Origin: Candidatus Saccharimonadota bacterium | Lineage (GTDB): Archaea; Nanobdellota; Nanobdellia; Pacearchaeales; GW2011-AR1 | Length of the DNA: 32,000 nt | Assembly (NCBI GenBank): GCA_041659445.1 | Contig: JBAZYG010000001.1 | Location: 150,001-182,000 of the forward strand | Direction of reading: 5' to 3' | Shown here: positions 26,375 through 32,000 of the stretch, one piece after another | Layout of the letters: each line of letters opens with the position of its first letter | Numbering within the stretch: position 1 is the first letter of the stretch | Made by a program: the position numbers and the translations under genes | Notes under the pieces: model-generated | What the model was told of the DNA's origin: nothing | The model's database searches: none | The model's input: the letters and a program-made list of their open reading frames with translations, nothing else

Positions 26375-26788
26375 TTAATTAAGATTATTTTCAAGATTTT
26401 TACATAATTCTTTGTTGTTAAAGCAGATTAATGCAACTGGTTTTCTTTTAGGATTTTTTTCATAAACTTTTATTCCATAATAGAGAATATATCTTTTTTT
26501 ATCCCCCCTAAGACATATATAATCGGGGCTATCTATTTCTTTTATAGTGACATCCTCTTTATTTCTTTTTTCTAATTTTTTAATAATTTTATTTTTTATT
26601 TCTTCCCATTGCTCAGTCATTCTTTCTTTGGGGTAAACAAATTCTAAATTTCTAGAGAGGTTTATCATTTTTTCTATAGTGTAATTTAATTCTGAAGGTT
26701 TATTATGTAAATATTGAAGGGGATCATCATGAGAAATTAAATTTTCTACAAGGAATTGATATTTTTTTCTCACTCTATCTTTTGTCAT
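26375..26788 (-). CDS. hypothetical protein, tandem paralog B
   Basis: 137-aa ORF. KKYQFLVENLISHDDPLQYL and YILYYGIKVYEKNPKRKPVALICFNNKELCKNLENNLN align with KEYQKALEHLIEKDDGFKFL and the C-terminus of paralog A. Confidence 0.58.
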   Translation of the reverse strand: MTKDRVRKKYQFLVENLISHDDPLQYLHNKPSELNYTIEKMINLSRNLEFVYPKERMTEQWEEIKNKIIKKLEKRNKEDVTIKEIDSPDYICLRGDKKRYILYYGIKVYEKNPKRKPVALICFNNKELCKNLENNLN

Positions 26789-26810
26789 ATTCTTTTTAAA
26801 TTCTTTTTTG

Positions 26811-26820
26811 TTTATAAGTA
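26811..26820 (-). promoter_or_regulatory. TATA-like box for paralog B (leaderless arrangement)
   Basis: Minus-strand TACTTATAAA is centred about 27 nt upstream of the ATG at 26788. Confidence 0.35.
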
Positions 26821-26848
26821 TTTATATAGCACAATTAAATTTACATAA

Positions 26849-26858
26849 TTTTAAATAT
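26849..26858 (+). promoter_or_regulatory. TATA-like box for trpS (leaderless arrangement)
   Basis: TTTTAAATAT is centred about 25 nt upstream of the ATG at 26879. Confidence 0.4.
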
Positions 26859-26878
26859 CTTGATTTTTTATTATTTTT

Positions 26879-28006
26879 ATGGTTAAAAAAAAGAGTGTGG
26901 TTAACCCTTATAGTGTTTCTGGTGAAGTTAATTATGAGAAGTTAATTAAAGAGTTTGGAGTTTCAAAAATTGATTCTAAATTATTAGATAGAATTCAAGC
27001 AATTACAAAAGATTTGCATTTTATGCTTAGAAGAGGAGTTTTTTTTGCTCATAGAGATTTGAATTGGATTTTAGACGAATACAAAAAAGGAAACAAATTT
27101 TTTTTATATACTGGAAGAGCTCCTTCTGGTAAAATACATTTGGGACATTTAATGCCTTGGGTTTTTGTAAAATGGCTTCAAGATAGGTTTGATGTTGAAT
27201 TATGGTTTCATTTTCCAGACGAAGAAAAGTTTTTGTTTAAGGGTGATTTGAATTTTGATGAAGTTCAAAAAACTTTGAAAGATAACATGTTAGATGTTAT
27301 TGCCTTGGGTTTTGATCCAAAAAAAACACATTTTATCGTCGATACTCTTCATGCAGGAGTTATGTACAAAGAAGCTTGCAAAGTTGCTAAGAAAATTACA
27401 TTCAGTACAATTAAGGCTAGTTTTGGTTTTAATGATCAATCAAATATTGGTTCTATTTTTTATACAAGTATGCAAACAGTTCCAAGTTTTTTACCATCTG
27501 TTTTAAAAAATAAACAAATTCCGTGTTTAATTCCTCATGGTATTGACCAAGATCCACATTTTAGAATTGCCAGAGACGTGTTACCTAAACTAGGACATTT
27601 AAAACCAGCGTCTATTCAATGCAAATTTCTTCCTGCTTTACAAGGTCCTTCAAGTAAAATGTCGTCGAGTGCAGAAGCAAGTGCAATTTATACTACTGAT
27701 GATGCAAAAACTGTTGCAAATAAAATAAATAAGTATGCTTTTTCAGGAGGAGGAGCAACTTTAGTAGAGCATAAAAAAAATGGTGGAAATCCTGAGGTTG
27801 ATGTTTCTTTCCAATATTTAAAAATGTTTTTTGAATCTGACGATAAAAGACTTGAAAAGATTAAAGCAATGTATGAATCTGGAGACTTATCAACAGGTGA
27901 ATTAAAAAAAATTTTAATTGATAAAATAAATGCTTTTTTAAAAGAACATCAAAAAAAGAGAAAAGAAGCAGAAAATAAAATTAATGATTTTTTATATAAA
28001 TTTTAA
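26879..28006 (+). CDS. trpS: tryptophan--tRNA ligase, archaeal/eukaryal type
   Basis: 375-aa ORF with class I motifs: a HIGH-type motif (TGRAPSGKIHLGHLMPW) and a KMSKS-type motif (KMSSS). It has the overall archaeal/eukaryal TrpRS layout. Confidence 0.9.
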   Translation: MVKKKSVVNPYSVSGEVNYEKLIKEFGVSKIDSKLLDRIQAITKDLHFMLRRGVFFAHRDLNWILDEYKKGNKFFLYTGRAPSGKIHLGHLMPWVFVKWLQDRFDVELWFHFPDEEKFLFKGDLNFDEVQKTLKDNMLDVIALGFDPKKTHFIVDTLHAGVMYKEACKVAKKITFSTIKASFGFNDQSNIGSIFYTSMQTVPSFLPSVLKNKQIPCLIPHGIDQDPHFRIARDVLPKLGHLKPASIQCKFLPALQGPSSKMSSSAEASAIYTTDDAKTVANKINKYAFSGGGATLVEHKKNGGNPEVDVSFQYLKMFFESDDKRLEKIKAMYESGDLSTGELKKILIDKINAFLKEHQKKRKEAENKINDFLYKF

Positions 28007-29130
28007 ATTGCTTTTTTTTCTGTCATAGCAATTTCTTTTAAAACTATTTTTTCAAGTGATTTTTCTGGAATTTGTTCTTTTTCTTTATTATATCTAATTT
28101 GTGTAAGTTCGTCGACGAGTAAATCTGTATTATAAAATTCTTTTGTAAATTTTTCCACTTTTTTCATTTCTTCGATTAAGTATTTTCTTTGAATTCCTAA
28201 TTCAGTATCTTTCTTTGCAATTTTATTTCCGCTTTTTTTCCAAATTTCAATGGCTTGATTTGATAAATCATCATAATATTCTATTACTGATGCTGGTTTC
28301 AAGAAGTTCTTTTCAAAATTTTCTCCTAATATTAATGTTTCATCTTCTGGGTTTTCTTTCTTTTTTATTCCGAATGTCCATACATTTGAAGTATTTTCTG
28401 GTTGTTGTGCATTCAAAAGAAAAGTTGGATTTCCCCTGTATTCTAAAGGTATTGAATAATTTACAAATTTTGCTCCTTCAATTGGTAACCCTATTCTGAA
28501 AATTGTTCTAGAGCCATTTATTAAATGTATTAATTTTGAAGAATTATTTCCAAAAATTGTGAAGAGCCCAGAATTATAGGGTAGTTCTTTATTTTTTAAT
28601 TCCATTGTTTTAAATTTATGATCTGTTCTTCTTATGTTCTTGTTTTTGCTATAAACCACGCCGTTGTCTTCAATTCTACTATTTCCATATTCAGTTGTTT
28701 TGTATAAAATTTCAAGGTTATCATCCATTTTTGATTCACCGCTAGAATTTCTTTTTGAATAATCCTGCACGAAAAAACTTTTACCTTTTCTAAATACTGC
28801 TGTATCTGTTCCCAAGAGGTTTTGGGGAATGTTATTATAAATTAATTTTTTTAACAAAAAATTTCTGTCTGAAGGATTTTTGTCTGATAAATATTCTAAA
28901 AATAAAACTGATTGGGGCGCTGTAACCATTCTAAATCCTTTGTCTTCTATTTTTTGCTTTAAATCATATGATTTTCCTGGTTCAAAACTGTCTAAGTAAA
29001 ATTGAAAACTTTCTGGTTTTTGCACTTTTTGGTTTGGTTCTTCATCATAATCTTTTAATAAAGTTTTTACTGATTGAATTACTTTTTTACTATTTCTTAG
29101 ATTTCCAAAAATAAAATTGAATATTCCCAT
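28003..29130 (-). CDS. hypothetical protein
   Basis: 375-aa ORF with no TM segment. A TATA-like CTTATAAAC lies about 25 nt upstream of the ATG. No family recognised. Confidence 0.5.
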   Translation of the reverse strand: MGIFNFIFGNLRNSKKVIQSVKTLLKDYDEEPNQKVQKPESFQFYLDSFEPGKSYDLKQKIEDKGFRMVTAPQSVLFLEYLSDKNPSDRNFLLKKLIYNNIPQNLLGTDTAVFRKGKSFFVQDYSKRNSSGESKMDDNLEILYKTTEYGNSRIEDNGVVYSKNKNIRRTDHKFKTMELKNKELPYNSGLFTIFGNNSSKLIHLINGSRTIFRIGLPIEGAKFVNYSIPLEYRGNPTFLLNAQQPENTSNVWTFGIKKKENPEDETLILGENFEKNFLKPASVIEYYDDLSNQAIEIWKKSGNKIAKKDTELGIQRKYLIEEMKKVEKFTKEFYNTDLLVDELTQIRYNKEKEQIPEKSLEKIVLKEIAMTEKKAI

Positions 29131-29166
29131 GTTTTTCTGTTTTTTTCAGAGTTTATAAGTCTTTGT

Positions 29167-29910
29167 TTAGTTTTTATTAAAGTCTTTTGCAGTTGCAAAA
29201 TAAGTATTTGAATCTTTAGATTTTTCGTCAGCTACATATGTTGGATATAAAATTTCTTTTCTTGATTCTAATTTTAATTCTTTTGTTTTTATTCTTTCTA
29301 TTCTTGAGCCCCATTGATGATCAAAAATTAATGCAACTTCTTCTTTTCCTGTTTTTTCATTGTACACTATTTCTGAACCTCTGTAAATTGCATTATGTGT
29401 TGCAATTACTTTTTTGCCTTTTTCATCTTTGCTATTTGCATAATGACTGTATTTGTAATAAAATCCTACAATCATTCCTGGTTGTAATTCTCCTGTCATT
29501 GCTAAAGTATCTAATCTCTTCCAATTATCTTCAGGGTTTTTTTCTTTTTTATCTACTAAATATTTCCAACTTTTTTTAGGATCTTTTTCATTTATTTTTG
29601 CAATAACTTTATCATGATAAATTCTATTTTCAGAAGCAACTTGAGTATATTCTTTTTTATATTCTTTTTTTGCAATCATTCTTGAATATTTAGCACATTC
29701 CAATGGAGATAATTTTATTTTTTTATTTAATGCTGGAATTTTTTGTTCTTTTATGTCTTCTAAATTCCAATGCGGTTTAAGGCTTTCTTTATAATCAAGA
29801 ACTCTTTTTTCTAATGCTTTTGGATCATTAATATGACTTCCTACATTTGCTTTTATATAAGGCAAAGTGCTCATTCCTAATGCTAATAAATATGCTGTTA
29901 GTTTTTTCAT
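29167..29910 (-). CDS. secreted hypothetical protein (weak papain-like/NlpC-P60-like Cys...His pattern)
   Basis: 247-aa ORF with a signal-like N-terminus (MKKLTAYLLALGMSTLPYIKA). AAGGAG lies 6 nt upstream of the ATG. The segments SPLECAKYS, LQPGMIVGFYY, ATHNAIYRG and FDHQWG are present. Confidence 0.5.
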   Translation of the reverse strand: MKKLTAYLLALGMSTLPYIKANVGSHINDPKALEKRVLDYKESLKPHWNLEDIKEQKIPALNKKIKLSPLECAKYSRMIAKKEYKKEYTQVASENRIYHDKVIAKINEKDPKKSWKYLVDKKEKNPEDNWKRLDTLAMTGELQPGMIVGFYYKYSHYANSKDEKGKKVIATHNAIYRGSEIVYNEKTGKEEVALIFDHQWGSRIERIKTKELKLESRKEILYPTYVADEKSKDSNTYFATAKDFNKN

Positions 29911-30107
29911 TTTTTTCTCCTTCTTTTAAGATTTTTCTTATCGAATTTTCTGGATTGTTTTCCATTTGTTTTAATTCTCAATTTTTAGAGTATTTAAGGT
30001 TTACTCATCTCAAGTCCCTTATTTACTTTATTTTCTTATATCACTAATTAGTGGTAACTATTTATAAATGTTTCGTTTTAGATTTAGTAAATTATTAATT
30101 TGATTAA

Positions 30108-30117
30108 TTTTATAAAA
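30108..30117 (+). promoter_or_regulatory. TATA-like box for thrS (leaderless arrangement)
   Basis: TTTTATAAAA is centred about 25 nt upstream of the ATG at 30138. Confidence 0.4.
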
Positions 30118-30137
30118 GAGTAGAACTTTGTTTAAAC

Positions 30138-31847
30138 ATGAAAACATTATACCTTCATGTAGATTATATTGAATTTGAGCCTTTAAAAAAAGCACTAAAA
30201 GATGTTGAAAAACTTGGAGAGCAAGATATTTCTAAAAAAAGAATAGAAGAAGCTTTAGTGATTTTAGTAGCAATTGAAAATGGAGATTCTGTTTCAGATA
30301 AATTTCTTGGAGAATTTGTCAACAATACATTGTCTATTTCTGAACAAGTTAAAACAAAAAAAATTGTTCTTTATCCTTATGCTCATCTTTCAAGAAATTT
30401 GGGGAATCCGTCTATTGCAATGGAAATTTTTAAAACATTAGAGACTAGACTTAAAAAAGAAAAATTAAATGTTACAAGAGCTCCATTTGGATATTACAAA
30501 GCTTTTGAATTAAAGGTTAAGGGACATCCTTTGAGTGAATTGTCGAGGGAAATTATTTTAGGAGATGAATCTAAAGAAATTGAAGAAAAATATGATTCTA
30601 AGCAGTTGCTTAGGGAAATTTCAAAATCAAAATTAGATACAACAAAACTCAAAGAAAATGATCATCGAATTTTGGGACAACAAATGGATTTATTCAGTTT
30701 TTCTGAAATTGCACCAGGAATGGTTTTTTGGCATAATAATGGTTTAATTATAAGAAATGAATTAATTAATTTTTGGAGGGAAGAACATAGAAAAGCAGGG
30801 TATAAAGAAATTTTAACTCCTCAAATTATGGATAAAAAGCTATGGCAAATTTCAGGACATTGGGAAAAATATCGAGAGAATAATTTTTCTACAGAATATG
30901 AAAAAAGAAAATTTATGATTAAACCCATGAATTGTCCTGGTGGAATGCTTGTTTTTAAAAGCAAACCAAAAAGTTATAGAGATTTACCGTTGAGAATGGG
31001 TGAACTAGGGGTTGTTCATAGAGTTGAACTTTCAGGTGTTTTAGCTGGTTTGTTTAGAGTTATTCAATTTACACAAGATGATGCACATATTTATTGCACT
31101 GAAGAGCAAATTAACGACGAGGTAATGTCTATTGTTGATTTAATTAAGTTTTTTTACTCAAAATTTAATCTTCCTTTTCATATTGAATTTTCAACAAGAC
31201 CTGAGAAAAGAATAGGAACAGAAAAAGAATGGGATAAAGCTGAAAAACTTTTAGAAGATGTTTTGAAAAAAAATAAATTAAAATATAAAATCAACAAAGG
31301 AGATGGTGCGTTTTACGGGCCTAAAATTGATTTTCATGTTACTGATTCTTTGGGAAGAACATGGCAAACAGCGACGATTCAATTGGATTTACTTCTTCCA
31401 GAAAGATTTGATATAGAATATACTGATAAAGATAATGTTAAAAAAAGGCCAATTATTTTGCATAGAACAATTTATGGAAGTTTAGAAAGATTTTTGGGAA
31501 TTTTGTTAGAACATTTTAATGGAAGATTGCCTGTTTGGCTTTGTCCAGTTCAAGTAAGGGTGTTGAGTTTTACAGATAGAAATATCAAATACAGCGAGAA
31601 GGTTGTTGAAAATTTAAGAAAAGAAATTCCAAATTTAAGAATTGATTTTGATTTTAATCAAACAACTGTTCCTGCAAAAGTCAAAGAAGCAGAATTAATG
31701 AAAGTTCCGTATATAATTGTTGTAGGAGATAAAGAAGAAAAAGAAAATACTCTTGCAGTCCGTGTCAAAGGAAGTAATAAAATTGAAGTTTTTAAGTTAA
31801 ATGATTTTGTTAAAAAATTAAAAAAAGAGATTGAGGATAGAGGGTAA
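30138..31847 (+). CDS. thrS: threonine--tRNA ligase, archaeal type with N-terminal archaea-specific editing domain
   Basis: 569-aa ORF. The N-terminus (MKTLYLHVDYIEFEPLKKA) matches the archaeal ThrRS editing-domain start. The class II core has a zinc-site motif (MNCPGG), motif 2 (FRVIQFTQDDAHIY) and motif 3 (HRTIYGSLERFLGILLEH). A C-terminal anticodon-binding domain follows. Confidence 0.93.
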   Translation: MKTLYLHVDYIEFEPLKKALKDVEKLGEQDISKKRIEEALVILVAIENGDSVSDKFLGEFVNNTLSISEQVKTKKIVLYPYAHLSRNLGNPSIAMEIFKTLETRLKKEKLNVTRAPFGYYKAFELKVKGHPLSELSREIILGDESKEIEEKYDSKQLLREISKSKLDTTKLKENDHRILGQQMDLFSFSEIAPGMVFWHNNGLIIRNELINFWREEHRKAGYKEILTPQIMDKKLWQISGHWEKYRENNFSTEYEKRKFMIKPMNCPGGMLVFKSKPKSYRDLPLRMGELGVVHRVELSGVLAGLFRVIQFTQDDAHIYCTEEQINDEVMSIVDLIKFFYSKFNLPFHIEFSTRPEKRIGTEKEWDKAEKLLEDVLKKNKLKYKINKGDGAFYGPKIDFHVTDSLGRTWQTATIQLDLLLPERFDIEYTDKDNVKKRPIILHRTIYGSLERFLGILLEHFNGRLPVWLCPVQVRVLSFTDRNIKYSEKVVENLRKEIPNLRIDFDFNQTTVPAKVKEAELMKVPYIIVVGDKEEKENTLAVRVKGSNKIEVFKLNDFVKKLKKEIEDRG

Positions 31848-31879
31848 ATTTTTATAAACTCTAATTTGATAATTCTTTT

Positions 31880-32000
31880 ATGGAATTCAAGGAATATTCT
31901 GAAAAGTTAAAAAAATCCAAAGAATACAAAGATTTTTTAGTAAAAAATAAAGGTGTTTATTTTTTTTCAGGATTTTTTTCAATAGATCATGAAGGAAAAG
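31880..32000 (+). CDS. 5' end of a hypothetical CDS truncated by the window edge
   Basis: ATG at 31880 opens a frame that runs to the window end (MEFKEYSEKLKKSKEYKDFLVKNKGVYFFSGFFSIDHEGK...). Confidence 0.3.
   Translation, partial: MEFKEYSEKLKKSKEYKDFLVKNKGVYFFSGFFSIDHEGK

Noticed and set aside
1120-29579. Other short opposite-strand ORFs in the track (1120..1386, 3397..3687, 4186..4395, 6472..6678, 11709..11912, 12765..12953, 18369..18551, 21276..21584, 21648..21872, 25631..25822, 27294..27506, 28215..28499, 29238..29579, 29847..30047)
   Set aside because: Almost all lie fully inside a longer, better-supported ORF on the other strand and have shadow-like low-complexity translations. Two are only partly nested: 18369..18551 spans the two small minus-strand ORFs at 18251..18739, and 29847..30047 runs from the 5' end of the 29167..29910 gene into the intergenic region. 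Both still have low-complexity hydrophobic translations with no motif.
30042-30053. Perfect 12-bp palindrome CACTAATTAGTG in the 227-bp region upstream of thrS
   Set aside because: A rough estimate for this base composition predicts tens of 12-bp perfect palindromes per 32 kb by chance. No regulator or second copy supports a function.
30068-30103. 11-codon mini-ORF (MFRFRFSKLLI) upstream of thrS as a possible leader peptide
   Set aside because: It contains no Thr codons and has no adjacent terminator or antiterminator structure. The thrS TATA box lies downstream of it, so it would not be on the thrS mRNA.
1-32000. Search for rRNA, tRNA, CRISPR arrays, transposases or integrases
   Set aside because: No G+C-rich islands are seen in intergenic DNA, which is how tRNAs would stand out in such AT-rich sequence. 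No regularly spaced direct repeats of CRISPR size are present. No ORF has recognisable transposase, integrase or Cas motifs.

Overview
This is a very AT-rich 32-kb window (by eye about a quarter to a third G+C). It is tightly packed with about 40 protein genes, and I see no rRNA, tRNA or CRISPR array. The hallmarks are archaeal. They include an archaeal-type UMP kinase, DUF357, a TrmB-family regulator, an archaeal/eukaryal-type TrpRS, a ThrRS with the archaea-specific N-terminal editing domain and a Pyrococcus-type single-cluster ferredoxin. TATA-like boxes sit about 25 nt upstream of many ATGs, which suggests leaderless mRNAs. The K/E/N/I-rich proteome, short genes and many orphan membrane or secreted proteins fit a reduced-genome DPANN-type archaeon, though this is inference only. 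Confident housekeeping calls are pyrH, ppsA, a ferredoxin, a PanE/ApbA-family reductase, LemA, a PdeM-like metallophosphoesterase, Lhr helicase, HtpX, TrmB, trpS and thrS. The most unusual part is a 5.8-kb single-strand block (21032-26788) of seven orphan genes. It holds two tandem paralogs and a receptor-like membrane protein whose cytoplasmic tail resembles a degenerate class III nucleotidyl-cyclase/palm domain. It also holds an RHH-like protein, a winged-helix protein and an iteron-like 4 x 9-bp repeat. The block ends with a lysine-poor fibre/adhesin-like glycoprotein, translationally coupled to the winged-helix gene upstream of it, and a Cys-rich TSP1-like membrane protein. Four other points stand out: a ferredoxin gene missing from the ORF track, a truncated TtuA/Ncs6-like protein lacking the PP-loop, a stand-alone FlaI/GspE N-domain-like protein, and an Lhr plus metallophosphoesterase repair neighbourhood interrupted by membrane-protein genes. 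All homology statements come from reading motifs by eye. No database search was run.
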